Of a stretch of 48,024 nt of DNA, positions 45,401-48,024 are shown in pieces; position 1 is the stretch's first letter; every line of letters begins with the position of its first letter. The DNA is from an uncultured Bacteroidaceae bacterium (lineage in GTDB: Bacteria; Bacteroidota; Bacteroidia; Bacteroidales; P3). The notes below the pieces were generated by a model that was not told the origin of the DNA, did no database searches, and worked only from the letters and a program-made list of their open reading frames with translations. A program made the translations under genes and the position numbers. Location of the stretch: the NCBI GenBank assembly GCA_964513825.1, contig CAZEOJ010000002.1, forward strand, positions 1-48,024, in the 5' to 3' direction.

Positions 45401-48024
45401 ATGTTCGTGACCGAACACAGCACGCCGGTACGCCAGGAATACTCCTACAGCGACACCATGGTAAGGACCACGCAGCACCTGCTCGACACGGTTCTCTACC
45501 ATGCGATATACGAGCCCTATCCCGGCAAGCCCAAGAACGATACGGTGAAGGTGAACCCGTTCTGCGACAGTATCTACGCCGATCCTTTCATCGAGCTGGT
45601 ATACGCCGGTCTCAACGCCCAGGGTGTGGATGTCTACAAGGAAGTGGTGTCCTACAAGCATACCGAACTCAAGTGCCTCGAGGCCGAGCCCGGCATGAAG
45701 ATTATCTGCGATACGTTGTATTCGATAGACTACAATAAGGACAAGAAGACGGGTGTAGAGACAAAAACCCGTTTGGACGAAGGTACTTTGGTCAACTGCC
45801 GTCAGGTGGACAGTGTCTGCAGAGTTACCTACATAAGCGCGTTGAGTGAAGACAAGAAGTTCGACACAGCCAAGGCCGTATTGGATTGCACGCCGCCCGC
45901 ACCTGGTGTGAAGACCATCTGCGATACGATTTACGATTTGGAAAAAGTGAAGAAAGGTTCGGTTTATGTCTACAACCGCACGGGTGCATTCAAGACCGAG
46001 AACTGCAAGACGGTTGCCGAAGACTGCGAGGTAACGTATGCGACAACCACCGACAAGACCAATTTGATAGAGACGGTAACTTACAGTACTGCCTGCACCG
46101 AAGGTGGCGATAAACCTAAAGAGAAGACCATCTGCGACACGATTTATGTATTGGAGAAGGTGAAGAAAGGTTCGGTTTATGTCTACAATCGTACAGGCGT
46201 ATTTACGACCGAAAATTGCAAGAAGGTAGCCGAAAATTGTGAGGTAACATATACAACGACCACCGACAAGACGGCATTGAAAGAAACTGTAGCCTACAGC
46301 ATTAACTGCAAGTCTGAAGGTGGTGATACACCTAAGCCGCCCACTCCGACGGTGAATACGAAACAAATCTGTGACACGGTATATACGTTGGAGAAGGTGA
46401 AGAAAGGGTTGAGTTACGTATACAACCGCACGGGAGCCTTTACGGTATCGAACTGCATCAAGGTAGCCGAGGACTGTGAGGTAACGTATACGACAACCAC
46501 GGACAAGACAGCCTTGGTGGAGACGGTGACCTACAGCACCACCTGCAAGCCTGTGGAAGAGGGTGGCGATACACCGACACCGCCTACGCCTACGGTGAAG
46601 ACCAAACAGATCTGCGATACGGTATATACGTTGGAGAAGGTGAAGAAAGGGTTGAGTTACGTATACAACCGCACGGGAGCCTTTACGGTATCGAACTGCA
46701 TCAAGGTAGCCGAGGACTGTGAGGTAACGTATACGACAACCACGGACAAGACAGCCTTGGTGGAGACGGTGACCTACAGCACCACCTGCAAGCCTGTGGA
46801 AGAGGGTGGCGATACACCGACACCGCCTACGCCTACGGTGAAGACCAAACAGATCTGCGATACGGTATATACGTTGGAGAAGGTGAAGAAAGGGTTGAGT
46901 TACGTATACAACCGCACGGGAGCCTTTACGGTATCGAACTGCATCAAGGTAGCCGAGGACTGTGAGGTAACGTATACGACGACCACGGACAAGACGGCCT
47001 TGAAAGAGACGGTGGCTGCGGTACACAGTTGCGAGCCCGTGAAAGAGGGCGGAGAAACCCCAAAACCCGACGACCCCAAACCCAATCCCACGCCTACGGT
47101 AAAGACCAAACAAATCTGTGATACGGTATATACGTTGGAGAAGGTGAAGAAAGGGTTGAGTTACGTATACAACCGCACGGGAGCCTTTACGGTATCGAAC
47201 TGCATCAAGGTAGCCGAGGACTGTGAGGTAACGTATACGACGACCACGGACAAGACGGCCTTGAAAGAGACGGTGGCTGCGGTACACAGTTGCGAGCCCG
47301 TGAAAGAGGGCGGAGAAACCCCAAAACCCGACGACCCCAAACCCAATCCCACGCCTACGGTAAAGACCAAACAAGTCTGTGATACGGTATATGCGTTGGA
47401 GAAGGTGAAGAAAGGATTGAGTTACGTATATAACCGCACGGGCGAGTTCACGGTAGAGAACTGTGTGAATGTGGCCGAAGACTGCGAGGTGACGTATACG
47501 ACGACCACGGACAAGACGGCCCTGAAAGAGACGGTGGCTGCGGTACACAGTTGCGAGGAGGTCAAGACTGGCGACACTCCAGCACCCAAGCCTGACCCGA
47601 CGCCCGACCCCAAACCGGACCCGGAGCCCGAACCTACGCCTACGGTAAAGACCAAACAGGTCTGTGATACGGTATATGCGTTGGAGAAGGTGAAGAAAGG
47701 ATTGAGTTACGTATATAACCGCACGGGCGAGTTCACGGTAGAGAACTGTGTGAATGTGGCCGAAGACTGCGAGGTGACATATACGACGACTACGGACAAG
47801 ACGGCCTTGAAAGAGATGGTGGCTGCGGTACACAGTTGCGAGGAGGTCAAGACAGGCGATACGCCTGCCCCCAAGCCCGACCCAACGCCCGACCCCAAAC
47901 CGGACCCGGAGCCTGACCCCGAACCGACACCTACAGTAAAGACCAAACAGGTCTGTGATACGGTATATACGTTGGAGAAGGTGAAGAAAGGGTTGAGTTA
48001 CGTATACAACCGCACGGGCGAGTT
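21440..48024 (+). CDS. Giant cell-surface repeat protein (SprB/Ig-like-repeat adhesin type), at least 8,861 codons, 3' end beyond the window
   Basis: The + frame with codon starts equal to 2 mod 3 has a TAA at 21425..21427 and then no stop to base 48024. The track lists many + ORFs in the other two frames but none in this one. Spot translations across the whole span give coherent Cys-framed modules, for example VCRGDSATIGATGAETYMWEP, GGNGVYTYKWEYSLDG and WQISADGGTTWAEV. SprB-type repeats are ATCGGEEGSITLSGNKGTAPYTYTFNG (26045..) and SSCGESDGIIGIRAKGDTTLTYSI (26534..). A TTG start at 21440 gives a signal-anchor (LKHFDRIHIRGILLAVALFLAVLAGSAAVV). The first in-frame ATG is at 21593. The start codon is uncertain; the reading frame is not. 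Confidence 0.9.
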   Translation, partial: MKHFDRIHIRGILLAVALFLAVLAGSAAVVRYRSTLSAPAVEPAPVSVSVPMSSVAAPVSAPEIPVAAMPAAASAEPAVADDVEFGPYAGGMASGVETAVSKLSKPSKTYAGGMADGHANMQMVRPIMALYHSGIGDGHATVTLTARPYLGYLGGIGDGHSTATMKPSANLAYLGGFGDGHTTATQPNPVAMAYMGGFGDGNTTATQPEVLARAYLGGFGDGHTHAQMFTGPAVAYLGGFGDGHTHAQMKTGPAVAYLGGFGDGHISVAMKTGPAVAYLGGFGDGHISTAMKARPAVSYLGGFGDGHISMGMKALPSVAYLGGFGDGFHNINNPLPKPWPYMGGIADGFITTLGKGLFVPMYAGGKSDGFAKRAVPCDTNQYLIYAVDSLCPKDTLFLATDSVEYANYYWRGPDGWTSREQNPIRPNFTTKMAGTYTVTIDPGCASSDELPMASKIIKAIYAEPVYAVIDSMAPNMGTEELCYGDSSFFRLTGYGFGDTARFVWKINGLPVLEKINDTTAYFDSLANGFKLSVEVYSSLGCVTDRPYETKPITIKATEKKIVNVTIAADIDQSLTDVTVCEGLPLTFASAYVNAGDNPRFVWLHNEDTVFDGVSKNVIRIDTLADGDSVRLMLHSSIHCVDCRPKESNTLHIHVKNLPEMKVSPEQAINLNENVDIWATGGSEFAQYAWTPCASLTGGICDKDTVNAAPRTTTTYQVTLTEPWGCVVKDTVRVEVYTDTRIIEHAKSVTVCDSTEATFKVRASGVDAHYKWQVDEGDGWVDIDSLPKPNPYWVEQQGSTNCFLHIGKDTAHKTTALSMAMDGFKYRCVVDGRKATTGIRDTLYSNDPLIIGDAILSINPIQYSYPSIVRAPNDTLCEGENATFKLSFVNTPSTKCRIDWKVDTSILASGQDLIFTTPVNRGTQIQALVYTAYRCPAFDPEVSNVWVAAAHKAPVVNAGKDTTIQYNTTGLLHGKLVAVNQDTLASDTMRYSWAPLSGIKGVSDSLEAKTGIIKANVEYVLTGTNIHGCIHRDTVLVTCKGGPLGMDGKIGAGTVVKQYIEICENDSLCISGKPVGGSEMYHHVWTEKPLDSTPANPYFATADTSVLCMKNSPVGTTVYTLTVDDGVDTVYKEITVKVIGLVLSSATLTGDTVLCTPSEYFNIGVKPDETVEGVANYTWYVEDTAAKTFKAVRNFEGKAVYAGRGNTVYNGARLFCAVTVANKCPIVNPIHTDTLVLWPDGTPKFTTITRDTSICPADTVALFATGTRVDSLFWTPQTFVVAGGDAKSETDTVLVAPTSNTTYTVTLVSIEGCTASRNVRVNIHPTTSTKATASDVYACLNGSTRITTTTRGYDLTYIWEKRVGGTGEWKLASEKAPAGKYEGLNSANLTVNYVEKIEEGDQYRLIAVSSRCMPSDTTAPVTLHVLDSVIFSMTLVDTPRCVNDPARIRLYTNVSASALKAFSVELNGGTTGKRTFQTRDTLFTIPNITPGEKVQAFMTPTGLIASCVEVLPIPSEIIDLGVQPAPTLSYTYNNPATCGGEEGSITLSGNKGTAPYTYTFNGVDKGTQTVYSGLSAGMYSAQVADIYSCKSQPVYISLRDPNGPVAPAVTNAGMYCVQDTLPEYLLLDPNTKKAEIRWFTDIRCTNQVHTGDSMPFPSMPGVYTYYLYQIKNNCKSATTRVWVFVGAAPQITSVEAIVPSSCGESDGIIGIRAKGDTTLTYSIEDPANYGNSADFVDLPNGTYILSVLSAAGCVTRDTLEFYADNTPEGPKMISRDTIYCYDAPRKPLEAKPAGGGFIVWYRDYTLTTEMGQGDTCNISSLGVGKNTISATERGGECESKPVRVNVTVLPKINTGVPAINEGCLNTDITVRARKDATVAYTWLKGGVEIGKGDTLVVGVTEETEVYTVHAVKNTNGVVCATDYDFKVRQSTFVPVIDTSVCQGDSIEITVPGGIKYLWPDSSTASTYTVRAGNPNSVQAVLVKVELEGGCTRNYRFNITTDADPSSYVSIDKDFTFYCAGDAKALKAVLSNTSVPVSLQWFKDGEMLAGDTTATLNIQNDTVGLSTYVVRAEARNRCPLPRVTYDTLVLRTYALPKVYAGMDTLVDYNESITLGTDATVSDGVLPYAYTWVKKGETTPINTSSTVLTTASPRLVNTTVFELKVVDSVGCGAKDEVKVTVVGGPFSLDSIRPFDITLDEYAEIICVGDSVSFEALPEGGSGKYEYVWEMPVGTVVSNKDQIRFLPASTTQCKVTVINLTKGTPMASDTLVRYPRVVVHQRAVAGTVTTPDTTMCPDSSFRLTLRSYSGDRIQWQRSVDGTTWSTLVGSTASITISGAAKTNYYRALVGNGVCPDVASPDLKVLVYTSPLDTIAGPADTLCPETEGVALTGNLVTEGGNGVYTYKWEYSLDGEKYLTCPNEADGVNYTWTNRIDTTRYFRRMVYSDGCPFISNVHKVDVYDEIGTSITIKKDFDLYCTADPQQLKVSLSNPDVPVTLQWFRNGVAIDSATEAVLTIHDTVPGTYTYRVEAVAFENHCPPTRYSSDSVTLTAYPSLVVYAGVDDSVQYGERVILGMEAWVKSGTEPYAYSWVKSGTNNALNADKTQLIMQTSRLTYTTVFDLKVKDARGCTAQDDVKVKVLGGPFRLDSIRPFDITLNDYRDTICVGDSVSFTAQPEGGSGVYRYIWEIEGEVVRDKPEIRLLPLQSTFCKVTVINVTEGVAVASDTLVRYPHVIVHQRAVPGYITTPDTTMCPDTSFKLKLHEYSGNRIQWQRSVNGVVWSALNGTADSISVPGTKNTYLYRALVGSGVCPDVATPQLKVSVYTPPVNTVSGPTETLCPEVDSVMLEGNTVTSGGNGTYTYSWEYSTNGGSYKVCPDEPAGEDYLWRNCIDSTRRFRRVVYSDGCPYYSNVYTVKVYTGTRIGRILGENYVCFDSIFSLSVTPTDMDSYQWQRAVHPDSAFENVGDGTFGYTSDPAKRTYFYRVIGQKYGCEPDTTDLFEISPTTPREVTVHISVDTMATCVDNFLTFTVDSTLNAGNAPTFYWYVNGKVLKTPVMKGSETLAYTENGGKVLRISTLRPGDSVWAGLASSIGCVTTRLALSDTIKPTVYLPEAHFVSPLADSVFCRRDTVVLHAEGGVKYSWFYRVDTDSVTRVLDTTNTNKVKVSPTEPTVYAFYGIDRHNCFFSDSLKLSPEPTVTASPDTLICHGSTIALQISVQPNRGNTYQWTETAVHSGTPATLNAREATTATVRVKPEDSLTYYIYSVYTLRGCTYTDTIRVETETTTMPSFVIDYNGYKSGDTVNIVECSKQEHFFVPDSIMSGGDKPTFKWYFNNYVAGKDSLFSDSYAGMLDRSTVYAEMTSSKKCVSERTVKSNSLYVRYTKMPDADVNINSNKGLQVCPDEEVVIFQAHTPSYDSGTYVWFVKRVDSGANARFENVHTGDSLVGNFAAGDQVYCVYFANDTCIKGSPKQSNTLTFQTYPLHRPKVTITQIINEYPAWGDTICEYAPVTFVAAIEDAGKDYAFTWMLDGTIIGTPNTLRIAYDELQANSDTAVNMRNLVARLETKHQCASPGNVVEANDTIYVRPRKHFSAYIEQEGTLDCQSITEELVRFTQVISPHYVYRDGYLATVCNGSYTSDWTNSAAVSQQVISGGNGVVKATAAHASYYQMFGLTSKESMVNYGDIDYAIYLNAGTVQVYEKGTNKGSFGRYVAGDVFEVEVLDNNVRYIKNGTVFYTSTVPATAFVYRGGYALRTHWCPNTPESSHHQDPKLLDIRIVYHKSGVVFNSRIVAPPVNKPTYTWYVNGKPFEFGNGEASLVEHNYAFEDGDVVKLFAKTNDYCVDVPSAMSQEIMVRVPVAKDFLRTVADTVFVCRGDSATIGATGAETYMWEPVRYFSQAQSRDSSIHYLPLETASYRVYGTVNTNCTDFKRVDVIVNELPKPDLGKDINVCYPDTVYLSINKGAVPDTTTDRIYHTAWTFIPDKGEAYNPVSTHENAIDYALLSTGRMVAAMSNVSSGCTVTDTMVINVLDTLGIVVTHTARVLPKYSCPGARDTLSFSYMQNENHPVTLAWYKNGRLLRSSNNANDTVLITNDFVDLDTIYAVVSLPFECGLERAKDTALFPLRRHVKPVASIVVSEDTLCAGDTLGVAVKVVDNPDDTVVYSYRWYINNKAVALTDTPSIRLEDYVSDGTFYYNVFCYVRRALECGFDSVKSADTTILIMPIDTIAVRIDPEVVTGCVYPDGRVFMHADLVVEGRHPVFDKALPAITWYLDDTVVSGLNGTAFDHLVASMDTSAAHTLAVKAVSSYKCVAVNTVFDTADIDFFAVYADAGPDTSIESNKNVTLFHDSVRGDRIQWTTGGDGYFTNATVLHPTYILGTQDRKSDSIILYLHVSSRFGCDTRDSMVIRLTRCAAYALAKRSSDQTICHDDTLFIENKVVAISTAIGSDIPHILYTLTAQPSGRYPLDTLAVVEDSTNAFRWKGVVDTSRKYLLHAEILNTFCHYYDSTRVTVLPLNTISVKLNQPDSTKCTVGALKQAEWTSLNSMHWSVGDGVARHIHCNNYPYAPTSAYGLANSTMRYVATGKELAVLVGFNYENDRNTALDYAFYLTNGSFTIYHEGNPVTYSAVGSYKVGDVFTIVRDHKQVIFYVDQNGTHREVYRMDEPAYGHGLKVNYAAASFRSGDVINPIMYGSTTAAKVFAEVQYGPVSGNVSYVWKVGDKVISTASTFDYEKVNLQSGDTVTVRAMGVNRCDTLYAYDTLIVDGPASPNAPFFLALTRDSAAQCEGEGFTLTAHAYNLENVADGSLTASDLRYNWYLNGTLVKGNTAANTYLYNNLKNGDYAHVEAVLPATACALYREGNPTLSHRLYFSLKENRKLDFDMYLARAKDTAVCPNTAVTFNTKVVNGGGYTIDWYVNGRLAAAGNSYTVTPDSSFDVYAVVHPNSTGYCLDSTGNVSKTIKVRLLEVPRVRAWADTEVVAGSKVMLHGELLRETDKPTSVQWTSTQGTVPGRNSLNPTITANTTTFYFLTAYSAYGCASNTDTVEVDVYECPTLRNYSVPDMVCDGDSALLRVDMAGYKPSSNRYLWQISADGGTTWAEVSGSRYTVTNDRTGSTLKVKPANFDLDASNNVRFRAVISADTSRSNLCNTVYTPKLSLNVDKAHLVPPTIDLLGESDFCTTDCHVYPVYEAKLSEGYEVAWKLNGSGVLEWDGNDHKRSYTVHNGDKVIGVLYGNSVCVNRMNISDTITVRFHRPVKVKAWSDTMIRKNDAAMLHASATEGTGRITYKWTDASFVVDDTKAETQTKSISATRIFTVTATDSLGCIGTGKVLVKVNDTCITNVKLQGPESVCVNETATFQGLITGDRAFGTPQSEWTVNPPLLSNDGSIIVPNPNSARMDIADAQPGTYTVKFTVTDTLEQTKKYCNPDGIVMSDSLIFTINAPDTLSLRIDTLQTRSYCENDKAVIRAQARVNGNLPAAGELLVRWYRIRNNYTTYRGSGDSIIENNLFDGDRFYAVASFADNNCVISNSVYSDTATFRVGEKPEPLQAQQVVAHNHISCVPDDSTYIVINPSASQLAYNLLYTIDSGRTWHTDSVFGNLAEGHYYVGVKADDGCSTDKMVSVYIQNQPDYEFDTLSFRIDTIYACNGKIDLFPSQRADSASGLGYIEWFEDSARTKLLKRSPEYAKSHTYVPERRFLDSVGVYEFWAAESAGLCKGTPSKFVYIVSSCDAELTPKRDTICSDDTVLYSLVIDSISLRNAGGWLFQYSADGKFAPATTENISTGDTLAMTFRDNRAGSYRVAYITPNQDTLYHEASTLWVGTYADPAKYISLAYPKTKAIDMCPGETATFTFYDKDRMFEVFWPGDTAGSTYHSTYEVTLDSTAAVYVRLRSLLGGCESDTTVEVIVRQRTTIALSSYDTTVCYEPDTYLYFPQVLDTGNVFYITYEWAKVGGTDMGSGPFLVQNTRFEVEPDTNYYVATASTGYAECPSRPDTFRVVAHRPTWTVTPAQVTVCAGNLFPFHAGTPFDSIRFGEGMWQPRGNDSFTLGPIYKDSTVSVTILRKTCESVGTFNVKIVARDTLGVELTENADACVALAPVTGTNIDLGLHAQLQYRVQGTENSAFAGLVYKGVAASAQTMPYSFYMVTDGEGETHLYVYVNGVQANMTSFGTVEAGDRLAIGREEGKMNFYRNGALLYSTAETSRAADYMNAQVDVDGNTALTDITLLNLPGSKVSASVNTVYNNRTYAWYINGTEVGTAAALDAAAHPVMNGDTVVLRVRSASPCDTLEKADTLVISKQNAYKPLTVAIDTPDALCPGAAHYTFTATVTAPAGVAAADLRYNWYRNGNKVVSGASYNTYDANNLQVGDVVFAEAYVANNLCVLNQSSYPAVSNRVVPQFEQPAAKTARILPEPGLTLCRFDEATFTVVMTGNAYLPARVDWYLNGTLAQSSAALTYRTNALADGDKVHAVVQLSADELCDGLQLVYTDTVSLTVNPVPVVEAGPDQSAFFGDTVQLNGSVLSGLSDPMTYHWTPQTQPADALSTQCIVEHAGYRYLYATNSYGCTGYDSLFIDMDECNYIEAQSPVNGNEVCEGDSVRFTVTIGGMRAGNPQRIWQISTDNGSTWSNVPAADYKVDNAGLLVRRAEASMNNALYRMVFVPDATLDMDCDTLYSLPYRLKVNAATRTLAASLQEPGVLCDDVATVTFTLNGSFQTGDLYAWYLNGIPVGQGSASLTLDRNRIADGYKLKAVVEAAAQACADKQVVADSLTIKINPALTLDAWADTIINRNTQAALHADAQGGTAPYAYSWKQASYTQDATAANTYTTNLTATRLFEVEATDQAGCKATARVRVSVVDTCIDGIEIAGDNQTKTVFDLCQDSSITFDALVSGGMPGGYTLAWTVSPALPADDLVTSANGARLWMKPSVAGTYTLTATVTDTTALGAALCTAAQRTHTATVTLNVSAPATFAVSVAEADALCEAEVEEGKLTLQATVTGITDYTLAWFRIRNNVEIALGNGSATLTLTDAVDEDLYYAVVTPLGNCMDAASRHSDTVEATIYPTPVANPNKARYNPARACSNDTAWIECYQTVPRKGRFAQTLEYSIDGTSWRTDGIFKPLPDQSEYSIHIRNQYGCKAKNSPIVVPKTTMKSNAWLRAGLNDTCYQGNSVTVKGDTVIDATPLWSTSGTGTFNNTGILHPTYTPSAADFAKGKVTLYLKTNSSNECDLADSIEILLLGCEIYTFEVKGNTDVCFGGTGTYRARFAVDAAGASAIRPADHTIIWSTRDASGNLSVLKTDNDTASTWSLTVADSGWYYVTGTTATGCMFKDSLHITLATEPDIAILHGTPCPTTPITFRLDTALLFAKSGYVNYAYNWSAVAYKGGVSTTLGTGTADSLALSPLPAETDSLVVSVSITTAEGCTYSRTKTLSYEPWEDLSGYVTNDTAVCQINSYVLLADIEALDILKHYTMQWSNARGTANPLAFLANDPILVDSTNSYYLTITRPSDGCHYYDTIHVRVDSMPRIYIADTIFKCAQTGRFSVSPDSVEYNKDAYYWYLDTYGPCKPSIANVDKYSVNFTPCASMYNADGWATLRLRTEGINACAGKIVYDTVTLVFRGLMKTDVKNVSVCLDDSVDATVVVTDLHGANVDSFAYILMRPDSVLRNAAGDTLLYRRPDTLGTFVYKDTLRVWNADRCYIEKPYTVTFTATARILEDTIVICTGDTATLTVANATRTPSWQELGKSTTLHSGNNYKVTPTQTTTYVASRFASSGGCQKYTTDTVTVVVKEGFYLRAVPDSNFCNPGEMLWAVDSVDAEDVTYTWVDSALQVLYGVGDPRAIVSTDSAFTDSVTDTDKTYYLHAVAGNGCEKNITVRATYRHIHFALNYYDTVVYEGSNPKVAVIGSMPGGYYPWFDAQDSIYLTLSDSLYRPKLTRDTNYFYFVGESKEEGCALKLRVITIPIPMFDTAVCDYECAEIRLRGSEGADSITYRYADTLMFVTEHSTPVRQEYSYSDTMVRTTQHLLDTVLYHAIYEPYPGKPKNDTVKVNPFCDSIYADPFIELVYAGLNAQGVDVYKEVVSYKHTELKCLEAEPGMKIICDTLYSIDYNKDKKTGVETKTRLDEGTLVNCRQVDSVCRVTYISALSEDKKFDTAKAVLDCTPPAPGVKTICDTIYDLEKVKKGSVYVYNRTGAFKTENCKTVAEDCEVTYATTTDKTNLIETVTYSTACTEGGDKPKEKTICDTIYVLEKVKKGSVYVYNRTGVFTTENCKKVAENCEVTYTTTTDKTALKETVAYSINCKSEGGDTPKPPTPTVNTKQICDTVYTLEKVKKGLSYVYNRTGAFTVSNCIKVAEDCEVTYTTTTDKTALVETVTYSTTCKPVEEGGDTPTPPTPTVKTKQICDTVYTLEKVKKGLSYVYNRTGAFTVSNCIKVAEDCEVTYTTTTDKTALVETVTYSTTCKPVEEGGDTPTPPTPTVKTKQICDTVYTLEKVKKGLSYVYNRTGAFTVSNCIKVAEDCEVTYTTTTDKTALKETVAAVHSCEPVKEGGETPKPDDPKPNPTPTVKTKQICDTVYTLEKVKKGLSYVYNRTGAFTVSNCIKVAEDCEVTYTTTTDKTALKETVAAVHSCEPVKEGGETPKPDDPKPNPTPTVKTKQVCDTVYALEKVKKGLSYVYNRTGEFTVENCVNVAEDCEVTYTTTTDKTALKETVAAVHSCEEVKTGDTPAPKPDPTPDPKPDPEPEPTPTVKTKQVCDTVYALEKVKKGLSYVYNRTGEFTVENCVNVAEDCEVTYTTTTDKTALKEMVAAVHSCEEVKTGDTPAPKPDPTPDPKPDPEPDPEPTPTVKTKQVCDTVYTLEKVKKGLSYVYNRTGE
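21695..22560 (+). repeat. About 14 tandem copies of a 21-aa (63-nt) Y-L-G-G-F-G-D-G-H repeat in the N-terminal region of the giant protein
   Basis: Direct reading gives core copies such as PAVAYLGGFGDGHTHAQMKTG and PAVAYLGGFGDGHISTAMKAR, with GCCTATTTGGG recurring at 63-nt spacing (e.g. 22142 and 22205). Flanking copies are degenerate (YAGGMADGH, YHSGIGDGH, YMGGIADGF, YAGGKSDGF). Confidence 0.9.
27440..30180 (+). repeat. Tandem duplication of a roughly 1.37-kb (about 457-aa) multi-domain unit inside the giant gene
   Basis: Unit A (about 27440..28810) and unit B (about 28811..30180) are collinear. Examples: KDFTFYCAGDAKALKAVLSNTSVPVSLQWFKDG vs KDFDLYCTADPQQLKVSLSNPDVPVTLQWFRNG; GGPFSLDSIRPFDITLDEY vs GGPFRLDSIRPFDITLNDY; RIQWQRSVDGTTWS vs RIQWQRSVNGVVWS; RYFRRMVYSDGCPF vs RRFRRVVYSDGCPY. 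Boundaries are approximate. Confidence 0.8.
35050..44200 (+). repeat. Two diverged copies of a roughly 4.56-kb (about 1,520-aa) super-repeat inside the giant gene
   Basis: Collinear landmarks have a constant offset. GACCTGCGCTACAACTGGTA occurs at 35868 and 40433 (offset 4565). TGGCAGATAAGC (WQIS.DGG/NGS.W) occurs at 36685 and 41263 (offset 4578). AWSDTMIRKNDAAMLHA pairs with AWADTIINRNTQAALHA, VRWYRIRNN with LAWFRIRNN, and YTIDSGRTWHTDSVF with YSIDGTSWRTDGIF. Outer boundaries are approximate. Confidence 0.75.
45695..48024 (+). repeat. Array of at least 10 tandem four-cysteine modules with Pro/Thr/Asp-rich linkers in the most distal part of the giant gene visible here; it continues beyond the window
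   Basis: The consensus unit is K-[TQ]-I-C-D-T-[VI]-Y-x-L-E-K-V-K-K-G-x-x-Y-V-Y-N-R-T-G-x-F-x-x-x-N-C-x-x-V-A-E-[DN]-C-E-V-T-Y-x-T-T-T-D-K-T-x-L-x-E-x-V-x-x-x-x-x-C plus a linker. First-Cys codons are at 45707, 45920, 46133, 46370, 46613, 46856, 47117, 47378, 47663 and 47954. Spacings are 213, 213, 237, 243, 243, 261, 261, 285 and 291 nt. Adjacent pairs 4/5, 6/7 and 8/9 are nearly identical at the DNA level. Confidence 0.9.

Noticed and set aside
26669-47833. 7,054-aa minus-strand ORF, the largest ORF in the supplied track
   Set aside because: It is exactly codon-aligned antisense to the uninterrupted + frame. Its translation is low-complexity and rich in Arg/Gly/Val/His/Ala (RRRR and GGGG runs), with no recognisable domains, signal peptide or repeat logic. 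The + strand gives coherent Cys-framed modules, conserved motifs and in-frame tandem repeats. It is a shadow ORF caused by the sense gene avoiding TTA/CTA/TCA codons.
46300-48024. Regular near-identical direct repeats that could be mistaken for a CRISPR array or a non-coding satellite
   Set aside because: The period is 243-291 nt and there is no short-repeat/unique-spacer organisation. The units are in frame within the giant ORF and encode a conserved four-Cys module plus a Pro-rich linker. No cas genes are present.
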